Notes: a model not told the origin generated them from the sequence alone. DNA of 64,000 nucleotides from Spirochaetia bacterium (GCA_965203515.1 OZ241907.1:96001-160000), one strand, 5' to 3'. Positions 21,555 to 31,152 are shown, counted from the stretch's first letter. Numbers and translations: made by a program.

Positions 21555-22271
21555 CTAGCGCTTCGCGTACTGATGGCCGCCCATGATGGCCCGCACCTCC
21601 TCCACGCCGCTCGCCTGCAGCAGGCGGCCGACCCGGTCCTCTTCCTCCTCCAGCAGGAGCTTGGCGTTGGTGACCACCTCTTCCAGACGGGAGGCCGGAA
21701 ACTTCACCGCGCCGTTCTCATCCATGTGGACGATCTCGCCGGGCGCCACGTCCATGCCGGACAGGCGGACCGGTACCTGCAGCGCGTGGAGCGCCTGCGG
21801 GCCGTGACCGGCGCAGACGCCGCGGGTGAGGTACTGGAACCGCATGGGACGGATCTCGTGGATGTCGCGGGAGGGGCCGTTGGAGACCGCGCCGACCGCG
21901 CCGCACGCGCGCAGGGCGGAGGTCATGTTGCCGCCAGCCAGTCCGACCTTGTCGGCCAGCGCCGGCGGGAAGCGCTGCTCGAAGCAGAAGATCGACGGCC
22001 GGCCGAGACGGTCGGTCGCTTCCAGGACGTCCATCAGGGTCAGCGCCGCATAGGCAGGATCGGCGATCCCGTACACGCAGGTCACCGCATACCCGGCGAC
22101 CGGCCCCAACTCCGGGTACCAGCATGACAGCCGGTTGTCGGTGTACCAGTTCGCCTCCCACGGATGGTACAGCTCCAGGCACAAGGGGTTGCCGGGGTAG
22201 GTGGCCACCACGTTGGTCACCGTAGGGGTGTCGATCCTCCTCAGTTCCTCCAGGAGGGCTGCGTCTGACAT
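21555..22271 (-). CDS. RraA/HMG-aldolase family protein
   Basis: GYAVT, AGGNMT..L..CGAVGAVSNG.SRD, V.PGEIVHMDENG. Confidence 0.85.
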   Translation of the reverse strand: MSDAALLEELRRIDTPTVTNVVATYPGNPLCLELYHPWEANWYTDNRLSCWYPELGPVAGYAVTCVYGIADPAYAALTLMDVLEATDRLGRPSIFCFEQRFPPALADKVGLAGGNMTSALRACGAVGAVSNGPSRDIHEIRPMRFQYLTRGVCAGHGPQALHALQVPVRLSGMDVAPGEIVHMDENGAVKFPASRLEEVVTNAKLLLEEEEDRVGRLLQASGVEEVRAIMGGHQYAKR

Positions 22272-22409
22272 AGGGACTCCTCGCTCACGTCGTTCCCGCT
22301 CCCCGCTCCGGCGATCAGCCGGTATCGAGCCGCGGTACCGAACCGCCTCAGTCTACCCGATCGCCCGGCCAACCGGAACGTGGTGGTCGGCGAGCACGGT
22401 CAGGCGGCG

Positions 22410-24404
22410 TCATGGGCTGACGACGATGGTCCCGTTCCACCCGACCGCCACGAAGCGCCCGTTGCCCCAGGCAACGTCGCGCAGCGCATCGAAGGTGGCG
22501 CTCTCGGAGGCCGTCTCCCAGCGGTCGCCGTCGGCGCTGTACATGGTGGTGCCGTCAAAGGAGCTCACCGCCACGAAGCGCCGGCCGTTCCAGGCGACCG
22601 CTTCGAAATGCTCAGCCGTCAGAAAGTCGTGGTCAGCCGCCAGCTCCCAGCGGTCGCCGTCCATGCTGTGCACGACCGTGCCGACGCGGTTGCCGCCCCC
22701 GCCCCATCCCACGGCGACGAAGCGTTCACCGTTCCAGGCAACGCCGCGGAAGCCATAGTAGGTTACCCCTTCAGGTTCGTCCGGTTGCGCGATCCGAACC
22801 GGCACCGCGGGCCGGCTGGCCGGCCGCCAGTGATCGCCGTCGTCGCTGTGCACGATCACTCCGCGATTACCGACCGCTACAAAGCGCTCGCCACCCCAGA
22901 CCACGTCGTTCAAAGGCTCCGAAGTGCCGCTGTCGACGACCGTCGGCCAGCGGTCGCCGTAGCGGCGGCGAATGATCGTTCCCCCGTCGCCAACGGCGAC
23001 CAGGTCCTGGCCGTTCCAGGCAACGGCGTTGAGGGTTCCCTCCAAAGGAAGCAGAAGCTCCTGCCAGCGGTCACCATCCGCGCTGGAGGCGATCGTGGCG
23101 CCAACGGCTACGAAACGGTCGCCGGCCCAGACGACGTCGTTAAGGCCGCGCCGGCCGTACCGGTTAGAGCCGTACCGGTTAGCGTCAGAGTCAGAGCCGA
23201 CGCTGGCGTGCTGCCAACGCTGCCCATCGGCGCTATGCAGCACTATCGAGTCCGGCCAGCCTGCGACCGCCACGAACCGCTCGCCGCCCCAGGCGACGCC
23301 GAGGAGTTCGGGCAGGAGAGCGCGGGAATCGCTTGCCTGCTCCCAATGGAGACCGTCGCCGCTGACCAGGATCGCGCCGCCCTGGCCGACGGCTACGAAG
23401 CCGGCGCCGTTCCAGGCGATGCCGTCAAGACGATAGTCCCAGTCATCGGACATCCGCCAACTACCTGCCGACCATACCCAGCCGGCCGTTTCGATGGTCT
23501 CCCCCTCGACCTCCACCGTCGCCGTTTCCCAGCGGTCGCCGTCGCTGCTATGCAGGATACTGTCGCCGACCGCCACGAAGCGTTCGCCGCTCCAAACCAC
23601 GTCGTTCAGCGGCTCCGGGTGCGGGAGATCACTGCGGCTCAGGTCCCAGCGTTCGCCATCGCCGCTGCGCAGGATGATACCGGTGCCAACCGCCACGAAG
23701 CGCTCGCCATTATAGACGACGTCGTAGAGCGTCGAGGTGCCGCCGTCTCGTGCCGTCTGCCAGTGTTCGCCGTCAGCGCTGTACAGGATTACGCCATCGC
23801 TCCCGACCGCTACGAAGCGGCCGCCTCCCCACGCAATGCCGTACAGGCTGGCGCGCGTAGCCCGCTGTAGTACCGGCTGCCAACGCCGGCCGTCGCGGCT
23901 CTGCACGATGGCGCCGTCGAAACCTACCGCGACGAAGCGATCGTCGCCCCAGGCAACGCCGTTCAAGAGGACATATCGGGGGGTGCGTGAACTCTCCCAG
24001 CTATCGCCGTCGTTGCTGCTTGCGATCGTAAGGTCACCGAGTGCAACGAAACGCCCGCCTCCCCAAATCACTTCGGTGAACCGCGCGTCGAGGTTGCAAC
24101 GTGCCGCTGACCAGTTGCTTCCGTCGCTGCTGCGCAGGATCGTGCCTTCTTCTCCGACCGCGACAAAGAGCTCGCCGCTCGCAGCGACGCTCTCCAGGCT
24201 CAGTCCGGTCTTTCCGCCGGGGGAGGTCAAGCCACCGCCGCCGTGTACCAACCGCCATACATCTCCTGCGGCATCGTCGGGCGGCAGCTCCGCGCGCTGC
24301 GCCAGCGCCGGCGCCCACGGGATGAGCAGCAGCCAGAGCATCCCGACCCCAATCCTTGCCCGACCCGCTGCCCGGCTGGGCGGCGCGTGTGTCATGGACT
24401 TCAT
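22410..24404 (-). CDS. Secreted BNR/WD40-YVTN-like beta-propeller repeat protein
   Basis: Signal peptide (PALAQ), then about 14 repeats of L.xV.WxGxRFVAVG..G.I..S.DG..W. Confidence 0.85.
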   Translation of the reverse strand: MKSMTHAPPSRAAGRARIGVGMLWLLLIPWAPALAQRAELPPDDAAGDVWRLVHGGGGLTSPGGKTGLSLESVAASGELFVAVGEEGTILRSSDGSNWSAARCNLDARFTEVIWGGGRFVALGDLTIASSNDGDSWESSRTPRYVLLNGVAWGDDRFVAVGFDGAIVQSRDGRRWQPVLQRATRASLYGIAWGGGRFVAVGSDGVILYSADGEHWQTARDGGTSTLYDVVYNGERFVAVGTGIILRSGDGERWDLSRSDLPHPEPLNDVVWSGERFVAVGDSILHSSDGDRWETATVEVEGETIETAGWVWSAGSWRMSDDWDYRLDGIAWNGAGFVAVGQGGAILVSGDGLHWEQASDSRALLPELLGVAWGGERFVAVAGWPDSIVLHSADGQRWQHASVGSDSDANRYGSNRYGRRGLNDVVWAGDRFVAVGATIASSADGDRWQELLLPLEGTLNAVAWNGQDLVAVGDGGTIIRRRYGDRWPTVVDSGTSEPLNDVVWGGERFVAVGNRGVIVHSDDGDHWRPASRPAVPVRIAQPDEPEGVTYYGFRGVAWNGERFVAVGWGGGGNRVGTVVHSMDGDRWELAADHDFLTAEHFEAVAWNGRRFVAVSSFDGTTMYSADGDRWETASESATFDALRDVAWGNGRFVAVGWNGTIVVSP

Positions 24405-24474
24405 GGTAGCAGGCGGTCTCAGTACTCGCCACCGTTCCGCGCCGCTTGCGGCGGTCCGCGGCTATCTGAGGTCA

Positions 24475-24605
24475 GCAGCAGCCCGGTGGTGAGCGCGTCC
24501 CAGGCGCCGGCCGCCTTGTGGGTGAACATCACAGGGTCATCACCCCGTCGGCCTTCAGCACGCGGCGCGTCCCGGCGAAGATCGACGCCATCCATCCGTT
24601 CCTGC
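24475..24605 (-). pseudogene. Fragment of DUF1156 adenine methyltransferase gene
   Basis: Translates, with small duplications, as QERM-ASIFAGTRRVLKADGVMTL-MFTHKAAGAWDALTTGLL, the region after the catalytic motif in DUF1156 methylases. Confidence 0.7.
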
Positions 24606-24606
24606 G

Positions 24607-24635
24607 TTGACACCGATTCGACCGACGCCGATGCT
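24607..24635 (+). promoter_or_regulatory. Putative sigma70 promoter of repeat lipoprotein 1
   Basis: TTGACA-17 bp-GATGCT, conserved at 27062-27090 as TTGACA-17 bp-GATACT. Confidence 0.55.
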
Positions 24636-24647
24636 GAAATGCATGCA

Positions 24648-24670
24648 CCCCCCCCCCCCCCCCCCCCCCC
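24648..24670 (+). repeat. Poly-C tract (C23) upstream of lipoprotein 1
   Basis: Homopolymer ends 56 bp before ATG 24727. Confidence 0.95.
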
Positions 24671-24726
24671 ATAGACCGAAAGAATCGGGCCGACCTCGGC
24701 AGCTCCCGCCGGCGAAGGTCAAAGGG

Positions 24727-26967
24727 ATGAGCGGCAAGGCCGCGCTCCTGGCGCTGGCGGCGGTCATCGGCATCGCCCTGCTGGCGTGCCAGCAGACGGC
24801 CCGGCCGGCAGCGACCGGCGGCGGCGGTGCCGGCGGAAACGGAGGAGGAGGCGGCACCGGCGGGTCGCCGACCACGCCGGCGCCGACCGCGGCGGCCCCG
24901 ACTCCGGCCACGAAGAGCTGGGCCCTTGGGGAGGATGCCTGGTCGTCGGCGCTGCCGCTGCCAGCCGCAGCGGACCCGAGCGCCTTGACGATCCGCTCCG
25001 AGCCGTTCGCCTGGGACGGGCTCACCGGCGCCGAGGGCGAAACGGTGAGCGTGTCGATCGGCGGCAACGAGCTGCCGTTCACGAGCACGGCGACCGCGCC
25101 GGCCTTCGCCACCGACATCAGCGGCGCGCAGTGGACTATTGACGCCGAAGTGAGCGCGGGCGCGATCGTGCTGGTGCTCACCGCCCCGGATCAGTCGGGC
25201 GCCTCGGACACCGTCGAGTCGGTCACGATTACCGAGCGGGGCAGCGGCTATCTCGCGGCGCCCACTGTGACGTTGTCGGCGCCGCCGGCCGGCGGCACCC
25301 GGGCAATCGCCGCGGTAGCGGGCGGCGGCGGCGGCGGCGTTGGTTCGGTGAACGTCACGACCGCCGGCGCCGGCTACACCTCGCCTCCCACCGTCTCCTT
25401 TTCCGGCGGTGGCGGCAGCGGCGCGGCTGCCACCGCGGATGTCAGCGGCAGCGTCACCTCGGTGACGGTCGATACCCCCGGCAGCGGCTACACGTCGGCG
25501 CCCACCGTCTCCTTCTCGGCGGCGCCGTCCGGCGGCACCGACGCGGCCGGCACCGCGGCGATCAGCGGCAGCGTCGATTCGGTGACGCTCGATACCCGGG
25601 GAGCGGGCTATACGGGGGCGCCCACGGTCTCCTTTTCCGGCGGCGGCGGCAGCGGCGCGGCCGCCACTGCGACGACAAGAGGGAGGGTCACTTCGGTGAC
25701 GGTCGGGAACGCCGGCAGCAGCTACACCTCGCCCCCCACCGTCTCCTTCTCCGGCGGCGGCGGCAGCGGCGCGACCGCCACCGCGGACGTCAGCGGCAAC
25801 GTCGCTTCCGTGACGAGGATCGGCAATCAGTACGGGAGCGGCTACACCTCGGTCCCGACCGCGACCTTCTCGGCGCCGCCGGCCGGCGGCACCAGGGCGA
25901 CCGGCGTCGCGTGGGGACCCGACTCCGTCCAGTCGACGACGGTCACCAACGCGGGGAGCGGCTACACGTCCGCCCCGACCGTCACCTTCTCGGCGGCGCC
26001 GGCCGGCGGCACCACGACAACCGGCACCGGGACGAGGTTATCCGACGGGCGGTTCGACCGCATCCTGTTGGGCGCGGCAACCTGGGCCTCACGGGGACGC
26101 GGCTACACCTCGCCCCCCACGATCACCATTTCGGGCGGCGGCGGCAGCGGCGCGACCGCCACCGCGAACATGTTCCCCAACATTCGAGGAGTCATCATCA
26201 CCAACGCGGGGAGCGGCTACACGTCCGCCCCTACGATCACCTTTACCGGCGGCGGCGGCAGCGGGGCCGGCTACCGCGCGGTGTTGGGCAGCACCATCAC
26301 CGGGGTTGACGTCACCAACGGCGGCAGCGGCTACACCTCGGCGCCCACCGTCTCCCTTACCGGCGGCGGCGGCAGCGGGGCGACCGCCACCGCGAGCGTA
26401 CTCGTCGAGGCAGATGAGGTGACGGTCACCAACCGGGGGAGCGGCTACACCTCGGCCCCCACCGTGACCTTTTCGACGCCGTCGTCCGGCACCGCGGCGA
26501 CCGGCACCGCGGTGATGAACTACGGGGTCGGCTCGGTGACGCCCGGCACCGCGGGCAGCGGCTACACCTCGGCCCCGACCGTCTCCTTTTCGGGCGGCGG
26601 CGGCAGCGGGGCGACCGCCAGCGCGGTGATGGCCTACGCCGTTCCGTCGGCGACGGTCACCAACCCCGGCAGCGGCTACACCTCGGCCCCGACCGTGACC
26701 TTTACGGCGGCGCCGAGCGGCGGCACCACGGCGGTCGGCACCGCGGTCTATGAATACGTCATCCAGTCCGTGGAGGTCACCAACGGGGGGAGCGGCTACG
26801 TGACCGCCCCGACGGTGACCTTTACGGCGGCGCCGAGCGGCGGCACCACCGCGACCGGCACCGCCATCCTGGCGGCGGGCGGCAACGACGCGAGCCAGAA
26901 CCTGTTCTGGGCGCGCCAGACCCTGGCCGGCCAGCAGCTTCGGGTGCAGGTAGGAGGGGAAGAGTGA
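24727..26967 (+). CDS. Gly/Thr/Ser-rich surface lipoprotein with 14 GSGYTSAPTV-type repeats (paralogue 1)
   Basis: MSGKAALLALAAVIGIALLA-C lipobox, G/P/T linker, 14 GxGY motifs, unique C-terminus QNLFWARQTLAGQQLRVQVGGEE. Confidence 0.85.
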   Translation: MSGKAALLALAAVIGIALLACQQTARPAATGGGGAGGNGGGGGTGGSPTTPAPTAAAPTPATKSWALGEDAWSSALPLPAAADPSALTIRSEPFAWDGLTGAEGETVSVSIGGNELPFTSTATAPAFATDISGAQWTIDAEVSAGAIVLVLTAPDQSGASDTVESVTITERGSGYLAAPTVTLSAPPAGGTRAIAAVAGGGGGGVGSVNVTTAGAGYTSPPTVSFSGGGGSGAAATADVSGSVTSVTVDTPGSGYTSAPTVSFSAAPSGGTDAAGTAAISGSVDSVTLDTRGAGYTGAPTVSFSGGGGSGAAATATTRGRVTSVTVGNAGSSYTSPPTVSFSGGGGSGATATADVSGNVASVTRIGNQYGSGYTSVPTATFSAPPAGGTRATGVAWGPDSVQSTTVTNAGSGYTSAPTVTFSAAPAGGTTTTGTGTRLSDGRFDRILLGAATWASRGRGYTSPPTITISGGGGSGATATANMFPNIRGVIITNAGSGYTSAPTITFTGGGGSGAGYRAVLGSTITGVDVTNGGSGYTSAPTVSLTGGGGSGATATASVLVEADEVTVTNRGSGYTSAPTVTFSTPSSGTAATGTAVMNYGVGSVTPGTAGSGYTSAPTVSFSGGGGSGATASAVMAYAVPSATVTNPGSGYTSAPTVTFTAAPSGGTTAVGTAVYEYVIQSVEVTNGGSGYVTAPTVTFTAAPSGGTTATGTAILAAGGNDASQNLFWARQTLAGQQLRVQVGGEE

Positions 26968-27061
26968 CCGGAGTCCCCGCCTGCCTGCCGGCGCTGGCGT
27001 GCGACTGTTCCTCCTCGGCGAAGATCGACGCCATCCATCCATCATCCATCCGTTCCTGCCG

Positions 27062-27090
27062 TTGACACCGATTCGACCGATGCCGATACT
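27062..27090 (+). promoter_or_regulatory. Putative sigma70 promoter of repeat lipoprotein 2
   Basis: TTGACA-17 bp-GATACT, homologous to 24607-24635. Confidence 0.55.
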
Positions 27091-27268
27091 GAGAAGCAAT
27101 GCGTTCCGCTGATGCGCGTTGCTGGAAGCGTGGCAGGGTCCTGCGGAACGTCGAATCCAGCCGTTGCCGCTGATTCGCCATCTTCGCGGGCGTTGGCCGG
27201 GCCGCCTCGGCGGCGTCTGTCTAGTTTCGGAGTAGTTCTTGTGACCTGCTGTAACAACAACAAGCTTA

Positions 27269-27286
27269 CCCCCCCCCCCCCCCCCC
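27269..27286 (+). repeat. Poly-C tract (C18) upstream of lipoprotein 2
   Basis: Homopolymer ends 56 bp before ATG 27343, same position as in copy 1. Confidence 0.95.
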
Positions 27287-27342
27287 ATAGCCTGAAAGAT
27301 TCGGGCTGGCCGCGGCAGCTCCGGCCGGCGAGGGTGAAGGGG

Positions 27343-29586
27343 ATGAGCGGCAAGGCCGCGCTCCTGGCGCTGGCGGCAGTCATCGGCATCGGCCTGCTGG
27401 CGTGCCAGCAGACGGCCCGGCCGGGCGCGACCGGCGGTACGGGCGCCGGCGGCGCGGGCGGAAACGGAGCAGGCGGCGCCGCCGGCAATGGCGGGTCGCC
27501 GACCACGCCGGCCCCGACTCCGGCGGCCACGAAGAGCTGGCCCCTCGGAGAGGATGCCTGGTCATCGGCGCTGCCGCTGCCTGCCGCAGCGGACCCGAGC
27601 GCCTTGACGATCCGCTCCGAGCCGTTCGCCTGGGACGGGCTCACCGGCGCCGATGGCGAAACGGTGACCGTGTCGATCGGCGGCAACGAGCTGCCGTTCA
27701 CGAGCACGGCGGCCGCGCCAACCTTCGCCGGCGACATCTCAGGCGCGCAGTGGGAGGTCGGCTTCGAAGTGAGCGCGGGCGCGATCGTGCTGGTGCTCAC
27801 CGCCCCGGATCAGTCGGGAGCCCCGGACACCGTCGAGTCGGTCACGTTTACCGAGCGGGGCAGCGGCTACCAGGCGGCGCCGAGCGTGACCTTTTCGGCG
27901 CCGCCGCCGGGCGGCACCACCGCCACCGGCGTCGTTGCGGGCGTCGGCCTCGTCGATTCGGTGAACGTCACGACCGCCGGCGCCGGCTACACCTCGCCCC
28001 CCGGCGTGACCCTCTCGGCGCCGCCGCCCGGCGGCACCACGGCGACCGCCACCGCGGACGTCAACGGCCGCGTCGCTTCGGTGGACGTGGATACCGCCGG
28101 CAGCGGCTACACCTCGGCGCCCACCGTCGCCTTCACGGCGGCGCCCGCCGGCGGCACCGACGCGGCCGGCACCGCGGCGGTCAGCGGCACGGTCGCTGAC
28201 GTGACGCTCGATACCCGGGGATCGGGCTACACGTCGGCTCCCACCGTCACCATTTCGGGCGGCGGCGGCAGCGGCGCGGCCGCCACCGCGACGATACGAG
28301 GGCGGGTCACTTCGGTGACGGTCGGGAGCGCCGGCAGCAGCTACACCTCGCCCCCCACCGTCTCCTTCTCCGGCGGCGGCGGCAGCGGGGCGACCGCCAC
28401 CGCGACCGGGCCCGGCAGCGTCGCTTCCGTGACGAGGATCGGCAATCAGTACGGGAGCGGCTACACCTCGGTCCCGACCGCGACCTTCTCGGCGCCGCCG
28501 TCCGGCGGCACCAGGGCGACCGGCGTCGCGTGGGGACCCGACTCCGTCCAGTCGACGACGTTCATCAGCCGGGGAATCGGCTACACCTCGCTCCCCACCG
28601 TGACCTTCTCGGCGCCGCCGGCCGGCGGCACCACGACAACCGGCACCGTGACGAGGTTTGCCGACGGGCGGCTCAACCGCATCCTGTTGGGCGTGGCAAC
28701 CTGGGCCGAACGGGGGCGCGGCTACACCTCACCCCCCACGATCACCTTTACCGGCGGCGGCGGCAGCGGCCCCAGTGCCATCGCGCACATGTTCCCCAAC
28801 ATTCGAGGAGTCATCATCACCAACGCGGGGAGCGGCTACACCTCCGCCCCCACGATCACCTTTACCGGCGGCGGCGGCAGCGGCGCCGGCTACCAGGCGG
28901 TGTTGGGCAGCACCGTCACCGGAGTTGACGTCACCAACGGCGGCAGCGGCTACACCTCGGCGCCCACCGTATCCCTTACCGGCGGCGGCGGCAGCGGGGC
29001 GACCGCCACCGCGAGCGTGCTCGTCGAGGCAGACGAGGTGACGGTCACCAACGAGGGCAGCGGCTACACCTCCGCCCCCACCGTGACCTTTTCGGCGCCG
29101 TCGACCGGCACCGCGGCGACCGGCACCGCGGTGATGAACTACGGGGTCGGCTCGGTGATGGTCGGCACCGCCGGCAGCGGCTACACCTCGGCGCCCACCG
29201 TCTCCTTTACCGGCGGCGGCGGCAGCGGGGCGACCGCCACCCCGGTGATGTCCTACGCCGTCCCGACGGCGACGGTCACCAACCCCGGCAGCGGCTACAC
29301 CTCGGCCCCGACCGTCACCTTTACGGCCGCGCCGAGCGGCGCCACCACGGCGGTCGGCACCGCGGTCTACGAATACCGCATCCGGTCGGTGAGGATCACC
29401 AACGCGGGGAGCGGCTACGTGACGGCGCCGACCGTGACCTTTACCGCGGCGCCGACCGGCGGCACCGACGCGACCGGCACCGCCAACCTGGCGGCGGGCG
29501 GCAACGATCCGAGCCAGAACCTGTTCTGGGCGCGCCAGACCCTGGCCGGCCAACAGCTTCGGGTGCAGGTAGGAGGGGAGGAGTGA
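27343..29586 (+). CDS. Gly/Thr/Ser-rich surface lipoprotein with 14 GSGYTSAPTV-type repeats (paralogue 2)
   Basis: Tandem paralogue of 24727..26967 with the same lipobox, repeat number and C-terminus. Confidence 0.85.
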   Translation: MSGKAALLALAAVIGIGLLACQQTARPGATGGTGAGGAGGNGAGGAAGNGGSPTTPAPTPAATKSWPLGEDAWSSALPLPAAADPSALTIRSEPFAWDGLTGADGETVTVSIGGNELPFTSTAAAPTFAGDISGAQWEVGFEVSAGAIVLVLTAPDQSGAPDTVESVTFTERGSGYQAAPSVTFSAPPPGGTTATGVVAGVGLVDSVNVTTAGAGYTSPPGVTLSAPPPGGTTATATADVNGRVASVDVDTAGSGYTSAPTVAFTAAPAGGTDAAGTAAVSGTVADVTLDTRGSGYTSAPTVTISGGGGSGAAATATIRGRVTSVTVGSAGSSYTSPPTVSFSGGGGSGATATATGPGSVASVTRIGNQYGSGYTSVPTATFSAPPSGGTRATGVAWGPDSVQSTTFISRGIGYTSLPTVTFSAPPAGGTTTTGTVTRFADGRLNRILLGVATWAERGRGYTSPPTITFTGGGGSGPSAIAHMFPNIRGVIITNAGSGYTSAPTITFTGGGGSGAGYQAVLGSTVTGVDVTNGGSGYTSAPTVSLTGGGGSGATATASVLVEADEVTVTNEGSGYTSAPTVTFSAPSTGTAATGTAVMNYGVGSVMVGTAGSGYTSAPTVSFTGGGGSGATATPVMSYAVPTATVTNPGSGYTSAPTVTFTAAPSGATTAVGTAVYEYRIRSVRITNAGSGYVTAPTVTFTAAPTGGTDATGTANLAAGGNDPSQNLFWARQTLAGQQLRVQVGGEE

Positions 29587-29663
29587 CCGGAGTCCCCGCC
29601 TGCCTGCCGTCGCTGGGCGTGCGACCGTTCCTCGTAGTTACCTGAGGTCAGCGCCGAGCACGG

Positions 29664-30764
29664 TCAGGCGGCGTCCTCCTGCCACAGCCGGAGCTGCTTC
29701 GGCTCGTCGATCCGGTCTCCGTACGCCAGGCGCGCCAGATGGTAGAGCGCCTCGAAGTCGCTGCCCGCGGCCGCCGCCTCGCCCGGCAGGTCGATGCCGG
29801 TCCACCTCTTGCTGACCGGCAGCACCTCCAGCACCGCTTCCAGCGCGGTCAGGAACGCCGCCTCCCGCGCCCCCAGCTTCTCGTCGAGCAGCTTGCGGGC
29901 ATCGTCGAGCGAGCGGGTGCGCGCCAGGTTGGCGGCGTGGTGCACGGCGTCGATCATGCCGCGCGCGCCGTCGGCCGGCCCCAGCGTCCCTCCGGCGGCG
30001 CGCCGCGTCGAGTCCCACAGCCGCAGGTCGCTGCCGCGCTTCTCCGCCAGCCGGCCCACCACCTCCCGCTCCAGGTCCACGCCCACCGCGCGCGCCAGCC
30101 GCAGCGCCTCGTCGTAGGCGGCGAACACCGGCGCCTCGAAGGCGTCCCACGCCAGCACGAAGAAGGCGGTCGCCGGGTCCAGGTCGGCGTCCGCCTGCCG
30201 CTGCGTCAGTTGCTCGGCGCCCAGCGCTTCGACCGCCGCCTTGACCGCAAGCCCATGCTGCGCCGGCCATGCCGCGGTCGCTTCCTCGATCAGCGCCGCG
30301 ACCGGATTCAGGTCGTTGGCCAGGGTTGCAAGTCCCAGCCGCGCCGCCTCGAACGGCAGGCTGCCGCCCCCGGCGGTCGGATCGAGCACCGTGGCGCGGT
30401 CCAGCTCGTGGCCCGCCAGCCAGGTCCATTCCGCATCGTCCGGCGTTATCCGAACGCCCGCGGATACCCGTAAGCCGCGGCGCCCAGCCGTTCCCCGCTG
30501 CGGTTGGCGCGCGCGATCCGCGCCTTCGCCGCCACCGGGTCGCCGTGGATGCCGAGCACGCGCAGGAACCGCTTCCGGTCGGCGTCGGCCGGCAGCAGCG
30601 ACGCCAGCACCGCCGCCCGCGACGCCACCAGCGGCCGCCGCGCCCACCACACGTGCAACCGGTTCGGCGCCGGGAACGGCGTCATCGGCGTCCGCTCGCG
30701 GATACTTCTCGATCCCAAGCGCCGCTATCGGCAGCCACCGCTCGATCAGCCGCGTGTCCGGCAT
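29664..30764 (-). pseudogene. DUF1156 family adenine DNA methyltransferase, frameshifted and centrally deleted
   Basis: N-terminus RLIERWLPIA..., LHVWWARRPLVASRAAVLASLL (in a shifted frame), SAM motif VLDPTAGGGSLPFEA..LG...ANDLNPVA, joined directly to the C-terminal region. The DPPY core is missing. Indels near 30706 and 30450. Confidence 0.85.
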
Positions 30765-30897
30765 AATTCTCCCGCGCCGACGGCGGCCGTCAACCTGTGT
30801 CCGCTCTGGCGAGTGCGAATCTCATCTGGCCCGCGTACTCTATCGTACTCTACGTCCGGTGCGAATATCTGCTACCCTGCGAAGGTGTGGACGATTG

Positions 30898-31152
30898 ATG
30901 GAATACAAAGTACCGCTGGTCATGACGCCTCAACCGGAAGGCGGCTATACCGTGACCTCTCCTGCGCTGCCGGAATTGGTAACCGAGGGGGATACTCTGA
31001 GTGACGTCCTGGAAAACGCCAAGGATGCTCTTGCCGCGGTCATCGAACTCTACGAGGAGGACGGCCGGTTGTTGCCGCGGAGCATCTGGATTACCGAAGC
31101 AAACGGCCCGGTGTGGTTCGAGACCGTAATAGCGGCCAGTGACGTACCGTGA
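30898..31152 (+). CDS. hicB: HicB family antitoxin
   Basis: MEYKVPLVMTPQPEGGYTVTSPALPELVTEGDTLSDVLENAKDAL. Confidence 0.9.
   Translation: MEYKVPLVMTPQPEGGYTVTSPALPELVTEGDTLSDVLENAKDALAAVIELYEEDGRLLPRSIWITEANGPVWFETVIAASDVP

Noticed and set aside
24607..24726. Poly-proline N-terminal extension of the lipoproteins (ORF starts 24607 and 27112)
   Set aside because: The two extensions are unrelated upstream of the tract and would bury the signal peptide. ATG 24727 and 27343 give clean lipoprotein signals.
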